The translations under genes and the position numbers were made by a program. DNA of 57,587 nt from NCBI GenBank assembly GCA_032718475.1, contig JAUCBJ010008339.1:1-57587 (forward strand). Reading direction: 5' to 3'. The first letter of the stretch is position 1. Each line of letters opens with the position of its first letter. This DNA comes from Nemertoderma westbladi. Its lineage: Eukaryota > Animalia > Xenacoelomorpha. The notes under the pieces are model-generated. The model did not search any database. It was given only the letters and a program-made list of their open reading frames with translations, and was not told the origin of the DNA. This document shows, in pieces, positions 40,226 through 53,310 of the stretch.

Positions 40226-40730
40226 ACTACTATCAAGCCTAAACAAACTACTGTATGTGCAGATTCTGAAACTGTTAGTTAGTATGCGTGCTAACACGGT
40301 AGTACGACTTACTCTTTAAGAGGGGATTGACCTTACAGTGTTGACTGCCCCAACTCACTAACGGCGCTTGATCAGACCAACTCTACACACGCAGCAATCC
40401 CTTCAGACCCAAAAATAGCTAGACAACAATCCAGCCTACAAAATATTTGAGTAATAACTATTACGGTACCTGAACAGACCACACAAACAAACACAGGCTA
40501 AAACACTGGCAGACTACGATCAAGCCTAAATAAACTACAGTATATGCAGACTCTGAAACTGTTAGTTAGTATGCGTGCTAACACGGTAGTACGACTTACT
40601 CTTTAAGAGGGGATTGACCTTACAGTGTTGACTGCCCCAACTTACTAACGGCACTTTATCAGACAAACTCTACACACGCCGTAATCTCTCCAAACCCAAC
40701 CACAGTCAGACAGCAGCTCAGCCTACAATT
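40226..40730. repeat. Tandem duplication, period about 286-290 bp
   Basis: GACTAC.ATCAAGCCTAAA..AACTAC...TAGTATGCGTGCTAACACGGTAGTACGACTTACTCTTTAAGAGGGGATTGACC at about 40226 and 40512. Confidence 0.9.
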
Positions 40731-42357
40731 ATCTGAACAATCTGAGCAGGGTCACACGCCTTCTGCTCAATATTAGCCTACTAGTAAATAAAACCAACAG
40801 AAATAAGTAGAATCTCAAATAAAAAATCAGGGCGGCCGTTCCCTGATTAAGTACCAAGACCTACCGGTATACAACAATCAAAATCGAATAATACTAATGT
40901 ACTTGTACAGCAGTACCGGTACCGGTGATGACAGTTAGGCCTACTGACCTACAAAGTACCGGTTCAGTTTTACCAGTCACTACGGTATTTTGCAACCCTA
41001 TTGCCTACTGCAATAAGATTGTAAACCGTTACTGTTCGTCAGAACAGTATTAAACTGTATTTAATGCCTACACTTGCAACCTTATTGCTTACTGCAATAA
41101 GATTATTAAACTGTTACTGTTCGCGCTTTCGAAGACCTTTAGCAGTTTAACCTGCCAAAATTTATATGTCTTTTCGTTAATTAAAACCACTTTAGCATAC
41201 GACAATAATTTATGCTAATACGCAAAACATTAGCCGAAGTCAGCCCATGCGCGATCATTCACCCGATGGATCTACACCCGGGAGACTGAATTCGGATGCT
41301 TGAATTGTATTATTACAGTGTAAGGTTGTAGTGTATACCTAATGTATTATTCGATAGATCGTTAATAATTAATCTCTGACAGATATTATTGGCTTTCGGG
41401 AAATATTAACAGTTCCTTTAGGACGTGGCGCTTTACCTATTTAAACAGAACTAAGACTTATACTAAACGCAACGATACTGCTGCTGATTAAAGTATAAAA
41501 CGTATTCTTTAGGAAATACTTTGTTACCAATCACAATCATACACACTATTCTGCCGACAGTCAGTATATTTGATCACACATAAAGAGAGCAGTAATTGAC
41601 TCGCGTAGGGTCTGCTAAATAACATTGGATTCAATACACACCACATTAATATAAATCGCAATTGTTATATATAGCCGGTCTCTCTAACCTGTAGTGTTAT
41701 CAAGAAAATTGGGAATTGGGTGATTTATCCGTATTATCCAAATAGCAATATTTCCATCAACAAATATTTACAATTAATAACTGACGGTAAAATAACAGTA
41801 CAAACAATATGATTAATGCAATTAAATTAAGTGTGTATGTTAATTAAGATTGATCAATTAGCGTAACAGTTTATACTTTCGATAATTCAAGCAGTTCTGC
41901 AGTTCACGGTACAGCAGTATCTATCCAAAAAATGCCGGTGTTTCTGGCTTAGACAGCAATAACAACAAAAGTCACAACTCTCTCTCTCTCTCCAGTCAGA
42001 CCGAACACTCTCCCTATGATCCGCAGGAAAGCTACACGTCGACAGGAAAAACCGCCCTGATTGGCCCAAGCCAAACAAAGAACCACGCTGCCAATGGCTG
42101 TTTCCATGTCAGCAACCAGCTGCTAGATGTCGTAATATGAATCATCACGGCTAAGCTGTGAAAGGTGGTTTGTGCATTACAAGTTTTTGTCTTACCATGT
42201 CCGCTAAAACACGTATATAGCAGAATGATTTTTATGTCCGTTAAAACACCTGTAAAGGTACCTTGCGGGCGAGGGGAATATATATACAGTTAGAAAACCC
42301 TTTTTAGAGTATTCCAGCGCCGGGGGGGGAACTGGCCAGCAAAGGCAAACGTATCAG

Positions 42358-42462
42358 TTATCCCACAAAAGCTTTTACACTGACCTTGTCCGGACCAAAG
42401 CCAGTTGAATTATAACTCGATAGAGACAAGGTTCTGGTGAGTTGTGAGTTTAGAGCCGCCAT
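42358..42462 (-). pseudogene. N-terminal stub of non-LTR retrotransposon ORF2 (APE endonuclease motif I)
   Basis: MAALNSQLTRTLSLSSYNSTGFGPDK.. starts 44 nt after the ORF1 stop. L.LSSYN..G matches the first APE motif; the frame stops after 34 codons. Confidence 0.65.
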
Positions 42463-42505
42463 TGCACATTGTGATCATCTAAAAACTACTAAACTAAAGA
42501 CCTCC

Positions 42506-43749
42506 TTACTTTAATATTACTCCCTTGTCTTTATTTACTTCGAATCTCTTTGGGTAATATATCCATTTCCGTACGCACACGCCCAGTGGCCATGTCTGGG
42601 GATCGAGAGCGATGTCCAGTCCCACTGGTGGAAGAGTTATCTTGTAACTTGCCGTTCTAGATTCTTCATGTGACTGTTTAACGATATCCGTAAGATCAAC
42701 AGTCACGCCGCAAGAAGCAAGAAAAGATTTAATACCATCTTTGGTTGATTGGTGATGTAAACGAAAAACAAATACTTCATCATCTGCTGCTTTTACCGGT
42801 ACATCGCCATCGCGTTTCCCTGTTCCTTGGATATAGGCTGGGCGCTGACGTCGAACTGGACCCCTAACTGTCTGAAACCCATCTTCATCCACCACCACAC
42901 TCGATGACAGGCGTTTTCTCTTTAAGCTTCCGGGGTTAGAACGTTGGTTTGAATGGGGAGGTGTTTCCCAATTGGAGACAATGTCCCTCCTTGTATATGG
43001 AGGGCGATTAAACGGTTGCCGTGCTAGTGTTGGAGGCGCTAAACTATTAGACCCCATACCGAATACAGCAGTATCTCTGTATGATTTCGAAGGGGCTGTT
43101 TGTTGGGTTATTATTGAACTTTGGTTTATCTGTGCAGCTAGCTGCTGTGGCTGGGCTACGTTAGAAGCTCGGGTGAACCTTTCGATAGGTGACATTTCAG
43201 AAATTTTCTTCGTAATTGATTGTTCCAATTTCTTAATCGTTTCGCTAAATATTTCCTTGACATCATCAATTTTATTGTCCATAAGTGTTAAACGCGATAT
43301 AACATCTACTGATTCGACATCCATTGATGTTTCCTCTACGAGATTTGGGAGAGATAAAGCTTCAAGTGCTCCAACAGCAATTATCGGTAGTTTGCCATGC
43401 GTATCTAATTCACACATTTTCTCCCATAAATCTTTAACATTTGCTTGCGCTGCTGATCTTTCCTGTGTGTCTTTTCTGTTAATAACTTCAATATTACATT
43501 TGTTAAACAAAGGCGTTTTGCAGACAATATTTCCTCTGGTGTATATCTTTTTAGGCAGCACCTGGCTGTCTCCTCTAAGATTCTACTCGACATTCCCTGG
43601 AGTATAACGGTTAAACATGAATTAATGACAATATGCTTCTCATCCTCGCCGCCATTTCCAGCAGTTGCTCCTGATCCCACTGAATCTGCTTCATCCCGCA
43701 GAACATCGTAAGGAGTGGCATTTCCCGATTGACTTCTCCGTTGCGTCAT
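42506..43749 (-). pseudogene. ORF1 (gag-like) of an APE-type non-LTR retrotransposon with a single frameshift
   Basis: Track ORFs 43405-43899 (VINSCL..YTPEEILSAKRL) and 42506-43561 join into about 414 aa if one T is added near 43510. The product has a coiled-coil-like middle and an RRM-like C-terminus (VFVFRL...ASYKI...LDPQTWPLGVCVRKW). Confidence 0.8.
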
Positions 43750-44236
43750 TTGATCATCGCCAATACAACAATGACAGATTAACAGATACCGGTACCGGAC
43801 CGGTAACAGTACAGCAGTTGGTACGGCAGTACGGTGTGGTAGTTCAACAGTCTGACAGTTTGCAGTGCAGCTATTGTTGCAGTACAGCAGGATAAACAAA
43901 CAGACTCTAAAAGGTTCAGCGTTGTATGACGTTACCTTAGCTAGCTAACGAGATGGAAATCTGAATTCCCTACTATTCAGTCTATTATTGTGTTATTGCG
44001 TGTGTTAGACAGATTTCATTTAATAAATGTCAGTCAATAACATTTTACCACAGCAGAAGGCTTATATCCATACTTGTTTTTTTCCTCATAAATATTAGGC
44101 TTATTATTTTTTGGTGGGATTTCTTTGTAGTTGAATTGTCTAAGTTTTTACACTGAGGCATTAACAGAGGGTACTGGTATTAAATTAATTATTTGAATAT
44201 CATTACTGCATCGACTGCATTTAGTACTGTGTTCTG

Positions 44237-44570
44237 CGTTGATTATATTCCTATAAACCATACCTGGCTTCGCATATTGAATGCATCGATAGTTATAAAG
44301 ATTGTCAGTCTGCGTTTAGGAAATATATTAGGACGAGTGCAATGACGCTTATAATAATTAAGACGAGTACGGCGTTGATTATATTCCTATAAACCATTCC
44401 TGGTTTCTCATATTGCACGTATCGATAGTTGTAAAGATTTTCAGTCTGCGTTTAGGAAATATATTTAAATACAAAACAGGACGAGCGCAACGACGCTTAT
44501 AATAATTAAGACGAGTACGACGTTGATTATATTGCTATACACCACCTGGCTTTGTATATTGAACATGCGA
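44237..44570. repeat. Degenerate tandem repeat of about 136-148 bp (2.3 copies)
   Basis: CGTTGATTATATT..TATA at 44237, 44373 and 44521; shared CAGTCTGCGTTTAGGAAATATATT and GACGCTTATAATAATTAAGACGAGTACG. Confidence 0.85.
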
Positions 44571-44753
44571 TTGGAAATAAGTTCGTTCTACCCTTCCATG
44601 GGTGGTAGATGTCGCGATTATGTATTGGTGGTTGGGAAGGGTGGGGGGGGGGGGTGTGGAGATTAAAATGGGTGAACACGTACTGTCCCCCTTTCTTTGA
44701 TTGATTGGTGGTGTGGGTAAATTTCTCAAAACCTGATTTTGTGATACAGTCAC

Positions 44754-44970
44754 TCAATTTTAATTTGTATCTCATAACTGGGCCTCGTGCTGCGCGAAGG
44801 CCCCACGAACGTGTTCTGTTGATCTGTTGTTCTGTTGATCTGTCGTTCTGTTGTGTCCAATTTTAAACGTTAATAACTCAGCCAAATGTTAATGAAATTT
44901 AACCAAACTTGGTACACATGTAGTCTGGCCAAAGTTCATTTTCCAAGTTGAATTTTCGCGTGGCCTTCGA
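44754..44970. mobile_element. Helentron/HINE-like non-autonomous element fragment
   Basis: GC-rich head, then a (TCTGTTG)-type microsatellite, then TAACTC..GAAATTT..AAACTTGGTACACATGT. The head is repeated at about 45400-45461. Confidence 0.4.
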
Positions 44971-47827
44971 GAAGCTAAGATAATAGCAGTTAATTAGTTA
45001 ATTAAGTTGATTAGGGTAAAAACATCAATTTCAACCTGCCTCCTTAAAGGATATTAATTGTTTTCTAGTATAAGATTTAAATAATTATACTTAAAAAGTT
45101 ATACAACTGTAATCCCCATACACCATTCCATTGTAATGTGTTTTTAATTGATCTAAACGTAATTAAGTTAAAATGCATTCCATCACTCTATACTGTACTA
45201 TTCCTTGGCATTCTTGATATTGCCCAGATGGGAAACATTCCAATCATCCTTCCACTGAGCTTGCTCTATCTTGCACAGTGATTGGCTGAATTTAATGGTG
45301 ATTCTTTAGATATTAGCTAAATGATTTCGTTGAGGCATTGACATGATAAATTAATATTTCAGTATCAATACTATCGGCATAAGGTAAGGGGAACAATTGC
45401 TCAATTTTAATCTGTATCTGATAACTGAGCCTCGTCCTGCGCAATGGCCCCACGAACGTGTTATATAAGAATACAGTCTCGAGGTAGAAGAAATGCACTG
45501 TAGCGAGAAGTATACAGCACAGTAGTGGGCATATGCAGTTGATTTCCACAATATATGGTTTTACGGTTTCTTACTAAAAAAACTTACCAAGACTTCGAGT
45601 AACTGGTTCATCGGGTATATATTCTACTTCTAGAAAGTTAATAATTTCCTCGACGTCTTCTTTGGTTAAGATATTATATGTTATATTTTCCATTTCGGAA
45701 GCCAAACGTTTAATACAATGGATAGGTTATAGTTATATAGATAGATAGATAGATTATGTTACTGGTATGTCACAGATTTTTGAATTAATTAATTAGTTTA
45801 TTTTATATATATTTAAATCACAAGAAGCATTAAGCGGAGCATGTCTTTAAAAAATTGATAGATTGACAGATAGATTACATACAAATACAACAGGTTGACA
45901 AAAATATAGCCGTGTTCACGTATACACTTCGCAGTGTCAGTGCGGTCACAGTCAGAATGCGGTGACAGCACTGTCACCGCGACGTGTATATGTGAACTAG
46001 TCTTATAAGTCGTTGTTTCATCCGAAAGAGAGGCTTTATAAGGAGACTCAATCTGTGCAACATACAAGGACATAAATTGTCAATGGGAAAATGTCAAATG
46101 TTAAAATAAACCGGAGGGGCCCGAGTCGTTATAGCTAATAAGGTTGGTATCCGCTCCTTTGTATTCGAGTAAAAAAGTATAGCAAGGACGCGATAATGAG
46201 TTAATTAAAAGTGCGCCAGCATAAGCCTATGTATAATTATACAACTTATCGCAATACCTATAGTTGTATAGCCACGTAATGGACAAGGTTGCGTGGAACG
46301 TGGAAAGTACCCGCAATGCCAAATATTTCCTGGACCTGGAAATATATTTCCTGAACCCAGAATGAACAATTGATCAACTAAAAATCCTTACAGTATTAAT
46401 TCAACATACAGAATTAATTTTAATAACTAATGTTATTCCTAAATTGATAATTCTAGCCCGTCGAAAATATTGCCGAAATTTCACACTGCTAATGATAATG
46501 AATCATGAAAATGTATTATAAATTTGTAATTTCTGCTTTTATTATTTATTTGATAATATTTCCGGAATTTATTGGTGAAAAAAATTAACTTAATACCGCA
46601 AATTATAATAATATAGCAAAATGCATCCAAATAAATAATAATTGTATCCGGGTCCTATAGTCGTATAGCCCGGTAATAAATTAATTTTATCCATAAATTG
46701 ATTATTTTAGCCCGAATATACCTCAAAATAGGGTGAAAATGTTGCTTTTTTTCACTTAGAAGAAACAAATTATGATTTTGCATCGATTTTAATTATTTAA
46801 TTAATCCCGCGATAAAAGTAATATAATGAAAATGAGACTATTTTATTACATTTTATTAAATGTTTGCATCTAATTAGAGTCAAATCCTTCCATCCTGTAG
46901 GCCTACACTCAAAGCTTGTTATTTAAAATTGATCTCTCTGGCTGGTTTAAAAAAAAAAACAGAACACAACATCCAGTATAGGATTTATGTAGTTTTTTGA
47001 GCTGCTCTCTAATAACGTCATAAATATATTCCAGAATATTAATGTCATATAATATTACAATATAATTATTTAAAAATGAATGAGAATGTATCAGTACTTG
47101 ATGAGTATAATAATAATTGGAAACGCTGTTAAAAGGAAACAATGTCGCAAACACTGCAGTTAAATATATTTTATTCCAAAATTGTAACATTACTCAACGC
47201 CGTTAGTATTAACAGCGAGTTGTTATTTAGCACTTTACAACTTTTGAGGACATTACAACATTGTATTGACCTGTACATTTAGTATTTATTTGGTGTTATC
47301 GGTTAAGTATTGTCCCCTTAGTGGACATTACTTAACACTGTTATTGGTTACCACGTAAACAATAGGTGGAAATTTGCCTGACAGCCAGATATGCCTACTG
47401 CATTACTTACCGGTAGACGGGGTATAGCTATTAATAATCAGATGGGCATATCTATATTATTATAATGTCATGGCTCCACATGCCACCATAAATATAAGCT
47501 AACTTATTTATAACATAATTTATGTCATTTTTATATTTATTTATAACATGATAAATAATAAATATTATAAATATTATGAATAATGATATATTATTATAAT
47601 GATAATATATTATTATAATGATAATATATTATTATAATGATGATATAATATTATGATATATTATGATATGATGATATATTATTATAAATAATATGATATC
47701 TAGTAACTAAGATATCGTATAGTGCATTCTCTTTGACTTTGCTTTTTTATGGTATATATGTATGTAATTGCTATTTTGGACTTTATACCCGGGTATTTGG
47801 TCAATAAACTAACTAACTATACAGCAA

Positions 47828-49540
47828 CTAATTTAATTTGTGCATAATTCGTGGAATTATAGTCCATGCACATAATAGTCCTAAAGGATCAAACAATTGT
47901 AGCAATTGATAACGCGTGTATGCCAAAGGGGAGGAAAGGACATTGAGGTCAAAATGCAGCGTATCTGAGGTGGAATTCCAAGGAAACCCCAACACTTTAG
48001 TAGGATTTTCTGTAGGTTTAAGAACCATACCTGCCAAGGAGAACAATCAATGAATCAATCAATTGCATACTTCAATTTATAATTGGAAATTTCATGACTG
48101 TCAGTGCTATTAATAAAATCATCACAGAATAAAGCATTAAGCAATTCTTGCATTATTGCAAGGTCAGCGAAGGTGGAAACATGTAAAATGATGGTGGAGT
48201 GTAAGTGGTGAGGACTGGAAGTTTAAACCAAATGGAACTCTTCGAAACTGCCATGATAATCCATCCCAAATAAACTTAACCCACATTCGATTGTCCATAT
48301 GGATGCAGATATTGATGGAATGCAACCCGAATCCCCCGATCATCCTTACTGGCACCACTCCTAGCAACAATGTTCCTCGCCTCTTATAGTTTACCCTTGT
48401 ACTCGCCATTGCTTGGCCTCACCTTCACTCACATACTTCCGGGCTTGTTCTCAACACCAATCCTTTCTATACCCTCCCGACACACATCTATGAAATAGTC
48501 CTAACTTCCCAGTATAAGCATTTCGGTCCTGTTTAAACAACATCCGCCACTGTTCACAGTCGATCATCTTATGCGTTCCGTTTCTGTCCAGCTGAAACTT
48601 GTAATTTAATTTGCATTGTAATGCTCTCTGTATAGCATTTCACGTATTTCATCCAGGTCTGAATCGGATGGGGTATTGTTTTGGTTGCATGTGTCCATCC
48701 TAGGGGTGTTGTTTCCTCTGTAGCCACTATAGTTGTTCTGCCTTTGGCCCTACCACAAAGTGGTTTTGTTTTCAGGGCATTGTGGACTTGTAGTCCCCTG
48801 CACGGTCGTATATTGCAATGATTTCCTCACTTTCGGAAGTGTGATTGCTGCACTGTGTTCCAGTTTAGGTCTGCTGTATTCTGGCCTAGGCACTTTTCCG
48901 AGACTGTCCTCGCTATACACTGGGTCTGTAATTAGTTCCACTTCATATGTTAGGAATTTCAACATCTCCTCCAATCCCAGATGTGTTCCTTTCTTTTCTC
49001 ACGTCGAGAAAACTATCTTCCTCCATTTATTTCTCAGCCATGTCAGTAGTGCCTGCACTATTGTTGCGATGTTGTTCAAAGTGTTGACGAACTCAACACT
49101 ATGAACACCACATGGCACTTCCAACATCTTTAGGGTTTATCAGTGCTTTTTCTATTCTGGTGGCAAAGGCTTTGATAGTTGCTGGGCTGTCTGCAAGTCT
49201 GCCTGATGTTATTCCCCTAAAGGTTTGTTGGATTATCTCGAACTCTCTGCTCAGCGCTTTCCAGGCAGCCCTCAAGCCTTCTTATATTCCCTGATATTGC
49301 CTTATAATGTCATAGCTGCATAGGCTGCCCCCCTGTATAGACTTGTAAATTATTGTATTATTATTACTTGTATTAGGCACTCCACGTGCGTCAGTTTCTT
49401 GGAAAGAATCTCATTACTATACATCCTCCAGAATTGCAAATATTCCCCTGGCTTGCTGCCATCGAATTTGAAAGGCTCCACTGGCGGTAGCTCTATTCTA
49501 TTTTTAGCGTGTCGATGAGTGTTTCCATTCCCATCGCTTG
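47828..49540 (-). mobile_element. Decayed, internally deleted BEL/Pao LTR retrotransposon (gag, protease-proximal and RT remnants)
   Basis: Minus-strand peptides EPFKFDGSKPGEYLQFW (Pao gag DUF1759-like), LLLGVVPVRMIG, FIW..WQFRRVPFGL..SSP and TKVLGFPWNSTSDTL..LFDPLGL; multiple stops and frameshifts. Confidence 0.85.
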
Positions 49541-49690
49541 AATTTCTAGTGCAGTCGATGGTGTGGACGTCAGTTCCTTATATAATATAGGAAATATAGG
49601 TTTTCTTTTATTATATTAATTATTTATATTATTATAGTTATTACAGCCCCGGTGACTAAATGAGAAAACAAACAGGGTCTTTATGCTTTA

Positions 49691-49731
49691 TTATCAATTA
49701 ATTTCTGCCACTAGGGCCATCTTCAGGATAT
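49691..49731 (-). ncRNA. Minimal type I hammerhead-like motif (HHR4), Penelope pseudo-LTR type
   Basis: UAUC-CUGAAGA-UGGCC/CUAGU/GGCA-GAAA-UUAA-UU-GAUA overlapping AAUAAA; palindromic stem III (AUUAAU); the stem II closing pair is mismatched. Confidence 0.6.
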
Positions 49732-49920
49732 AAATCAAACAAAACAGACGGAAACCACACCGACTACATACAGTTGCTTATATTTACTCATACTTCCTAT
49801 TTCTACGTTGTAGCTGTAGTAACGGTAGCTGTAGGCCTGCCGACAATAAGACCAAGAAAGATACCGGTACTAGGCCTATACAGTTTTTATCCCTGAGTCA
49901 GACTACAGCCAGACAGCACA

Positions 49921-52900
49921 ATGTCCCCGCTCTTAATCTCCACAGTTTTCATCGTTCTGGGTCGTTTCGTTGTGGCAGAACCATCCGATCCGCGGGGTAA
50001 CCCTGCAACCCACCCAATACCCGTATTGGACTGGTTTGCGGAACACCCTGTCGCTACCGTTTCGAACTGCCGCGCCGAATCGACGGAGATGTGGTCGACG
50101 AGTGGATTTAGCCTCTACTGCTCTCGTCGGGGAAGAAGATCTTGGGTCTCCTCTCCACGATCTAGAGGCCTAATCGCTAAACTCTGTCTACTGTCTCTGG
50201 CTGGGGATATTGAGACCAACCCAGGACCCAGCAGGACGCGGGCCCCGAAGATCAACTGTCCCGTCTGTCAACGAGGAACAAACTCTCGGAGTAAGATCGT
50301 CCAATGCGAGAGTTGTGACACATTTGTACATTTAAAATGTTACCGTAGGAAACGCAGTAATTTATTCTCCACCAGAAACAATCTTGAACCAAGTTTTCTC
50401 TGCAATAGCTGTATTTTTACCGAACTTCCCTTTCATGATACAATTTTAGAATCAGAAACCGACGATTCATTTCTCACATCGCCTCTGCAAACTCCAAGTG
50501 ATGCTGAGAGTGAAACTTTTAATTTTTTTAAGAAAAAAGGTCTGCATTTTTTGCATTTAAACGCACGATCTCTGCTTCCAAAACTTTCCGAAATTCGTAT
50601 TTTAATCAATAAATCCAACCCAGCAGTTTTAACAATCTCTGAAACTTGGCTCGATGATAGTGTTTCTGATGGAGAAATTTATATTGATAATTACGTAGTT
50701 TTACGTAAGGATAGGGACAGACACGGTGGTGGTGTCTGTACTTACATTCGATGTGATTTAGCTTTTAATCGTAGGGAAGATTTAGAGACTTGTGACGAAG
50801 TTTTACTGGTGGAACTTTTACTTCCTAAAACTAAACCTATTTTAATCGGTACTTTATATCGGCCCCCTAAACAATCAGATTTTTTGCAAAATTTTGAAAA
50901 TACAATTTTATGTAATCTTAGGTCAGACTGTGAAATATATTTCTTAGGTGATTTTAATATCTGTTACCATCACAAAGCATCCCCCATCTGTAAACAGTAC
51001 CAAAGTATTTTAAATTTGTTTGGTTTAAAACAAATTATTCGAGATTCTACCAGAATTACCAGTAAAACTTCTACTTTACTAGATCACATCCTTTGTAATA
51101 ATACCGATATTATTTCTCAATCTGGGGTTTTACCTATAGGTCTAAGCGATCATTTTATAGTTTTTTGCACAAGAAAGACACAAAAATCTTTTTTCGGGGA
51201 TCATAAAACAGTAACAGTTAGGTCTATGAAAAATTACAGCAAGGAACGCTTTTTAAGTTTGTTAGTTAATTCTGACTGGGAACCCTGTTTTAAGGCCGCT
51301 GACATTAACCTTGCGTACACTGTTTTTAAAGATATATTTTTAAAGGCACTTAATACTGTAGCACCAATTAAAGAAATTAGTCTTAAACAACGCACTGAGC
51401 CCTGGATGACCTCGGGTATTCTTAGTAATATCAGAGAAAGAGATAACTATTTGTATAAATTTAGGAAATACCGTGTTTTAGCTGATTATAATAATTACTG
51501 CAAATATAGAAACCTTGTCCAACGGGAAATAAAAAAAGCTAAATCTGAATATTTGTACAACAAAATAAGTGAGAATAAAGATAATCCAAAAAGTCTATGG
51601 TCTACCCTAAAATCTTTAGGTTATAAAAACCTTAAATCTAAATCGAATATTGTTCTGCAAGATAACGGTGAGCTGATTCATGATCATACTCTAGTTAGTA
51701 ATTTATTTAATAATTATTTTACTAATGTTGCCTCTAATTTAGTTAAGAGGTTACCGTTATCAAGTAATAAATATAGTATAGGGTCCGAAACTCTAAATAA
51801 TTTTTATTTAGAAAAGTTACAAAATTCAGAAAAGTTATTTTTAAAACCCGTTTCTGAGGATTTCGTTTTTAAAAATCTACTTAGCCTATCAGCCTCAAAA
51901 AGTACCGGTCTAGATCTAATACCTGCCCGTTTTCTTAAGGATGGTGCTGAAGTACTTAAAGTGCCTATTACTTTTATTATTAATTACTCTATCGTAGATA
52001 ATGTAGTACCAGACGAACTGAAATTAGCTAAGGTTGTTCCTCTGTATAAAAAGAATAGTAAAGTAGAACCCTGTAATTACAGACCTGTTAGTATCTTAAG
52101 TATTGTATCTAAAATTCTAGAACGTTCTGTTTTTCTACAGCTGGAGGCACATCTTAGTAGGCTAAATCTGATCTATGAACTTCAGTCCGGTTTTCGTAAA
52201 TCATATTCTACAGACACCTGCCTTATTAACTTAACTGATACAATTAGATGTAATAACGCAAAGGGTTTATATACTGGTATGGTAATGTTGGACCTACAAA
52301 AGGCTTTCGATACTGTAGATCACGAAATTCTGCTTGGTAAGTTAGGCCTGATGGGTGTAGGTTCTATAGACTGGTTCAAGTCCTACCTGTCAGACAGAGG
52401 TCAAACTGTAGTCATTAGCAAATCGCTGTCTACTGTACAAGAGATTACCTGTGGTGTACCGCAAGGTAGTATATTAGGTCCTCTGCTTTTTGTATGCTAT
52501 GTAAATGATATGATAAGTAGTATAGATCCCGATTTTAAACTCATTTTATATGCCGACGACAGTGCTCTTATTTTCTCTCATAAAGATCCTATCCATATTT
52601 CCCAAAAGTTAAGTGCAGTTCTAGAATCCTGTAATGAGTGGTTGGTTGATAATAAGCTATCCATTCAAGATAGTAAAACTGAAGGTATTGTGTTTGGTTC
52701 CAAAAGAAAGTTAAAGAAGGTAACTAAGTTTGAAGTCACTAGTAATGGACATAAGATTGAAAATAAAAAGGAAGTTAAATATTTAGGCGCCACATTGGAT
52801 AACTGCTTATCAGGAGAAAGTACAGTGAAAAATATTTTCTCGAAAGTTAACAATAGGCTTAGGTTTCTATACAGAAATAAAAATAGTTTGAACACCGACT

Positions 52901-53310
52901 CCCGCAAGTTACTTTGCTCTTCTTTAATACAATGTCACATGGACTATGCGTGCTCTTCTTGGTATGAAGGCTTAACCAAACAGCTTAAATGTAAATTACA
53001 AGTAGCTCAGAATAAAGTAGTACGATTTATTAAAGACTACAAACCTAGGCACCACCTAACTCCAGATGACTTTTCTGAATCTGGACTACTTAACTTAGAT
53101 AGTAGAGTTAAGCAGCTACGCCTTAACCATGTGCATAAAGTGTATAATGGTAAATGTCCCAATTACCTAAAACAAAAATTCAACAGAGTACGCGATACAC
53201 ACTCTTACAGTACCAGAGCTAGTGCTTCAAACTTCTACCTCCCGAATTGTAAATCCTTTGAATCTGATACTTTCTTTTTTAACGGCATAAAAAATTGGAA
53301 CGCTCTGTGA
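49921..53310 (+). CDS. CR1-group (CR1/L2/Crack-like) LINE polyprotein: leader, 2A-like peptide, PHD finger, APE endonuclease, reverse transcriptase
   Basis: 1129-aa open frame with [14 protein letters not shown]; CPVC..CESC..H..C..CNSC; HLNARSL, ISETWL, GDFN, LDHI, SDH; [34 protein letters not shown]; it ends at WNAL. Confidence 0.97.
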   Translation: MSPLLISTVFIVLGRFVVAEPSDPRGNPATHPIPVLDWFAEHPVATVSNCRAESTEMWSTSGFSLYCSRRGRRSWVSSPRSRGLIAKLCLLSLAGDIETNPGPSRTRAPKINCPVCQRGTNSRSKIVQCESCDTFVHLKCYRRKRSNLFSTRNNLEPSFLCNSCIFTELPFHDTILESETDDSFLTSPLQTPSDAESETFNFFKKKGLHFLHLNARSLLPKLSEIRILINKSNPAVLTISETWLDDSVSDGEIYIDNYVVLRKDRDRHGGGVCTYIRCDLAFNRREDLETCDEVLLVELLLPKTKPILIGTLYRPPKQSDFLQNFENTILCNLRSDCEIYFLGDFNICYHHKASPICKQYQSILNLFGLKQIIRDSTRITSKTSTLLDHILCNNTDIISQSGVLPIGLSDHFIVFCTRKTQKSFFGDHKTVTVRSMKNYSKERFLSLLVNSDWEPCFKAADINLAYTVFKDIFLKALNTVAPIKEISLKQRTEPWMTSGILSNIRERDNYLYKFRKYRVLADYNNYCKYRNLVQREIKKAKSEYLYNKISENKDNPKSLWSTLKSLGYKNLKSKSNIVLQDNGELIHDHTLVSNLFNNYFTNVASNLVKRLPLSSNKYSIGSETLNNFYLEKLQNSEKLFLKPVSEDFVFKNLLSLSASKSTGLDLIPARFLKDGAEVLKVPITFIINYSIVDNVVPDELKLAKVVPLYKKNSKVEPCNYRPVSILSIVSKILERSVFLQLEAHLSRLNLIYELQSGFRKSYSTDTCLINLTDTIRCNNAKGLYTGMVMLDLQKAFDTVDHEILLGKLGLMGVGSIDWFKSYLSDRGQTVVISKSLSTVQEITCGVPQGSILGPLLFVCYVNDMISSIDPDFKLILYADDSALIFSHKDPIHISQKLSAVLESCNEWLVDNKLSIQDSKTEGIVFGSKRKLKKVTKFEVTSNGHKIENKKEVKYLGATLDNCLSGESTVKNIFSKVNNRLRFLYRNKNSLNTDSRKLLCSSLIQCHMDYACSSWYEGLTKQLKCKLQVAQNKVVRFIKDYKPRHHLTPDDFSESGLLNLDSRVKQLRLNHVHKVYNGKCPNYLKQKFNRVRDTHSYSTRASASNFYLPNCKSFESDTFFFNGIKNWNAL

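Noticed and set aside
42972-43607. 211-aa + strand ORF
   Set aside because: Antisense shadow of the LINE ORF1 with no recognisable motif.
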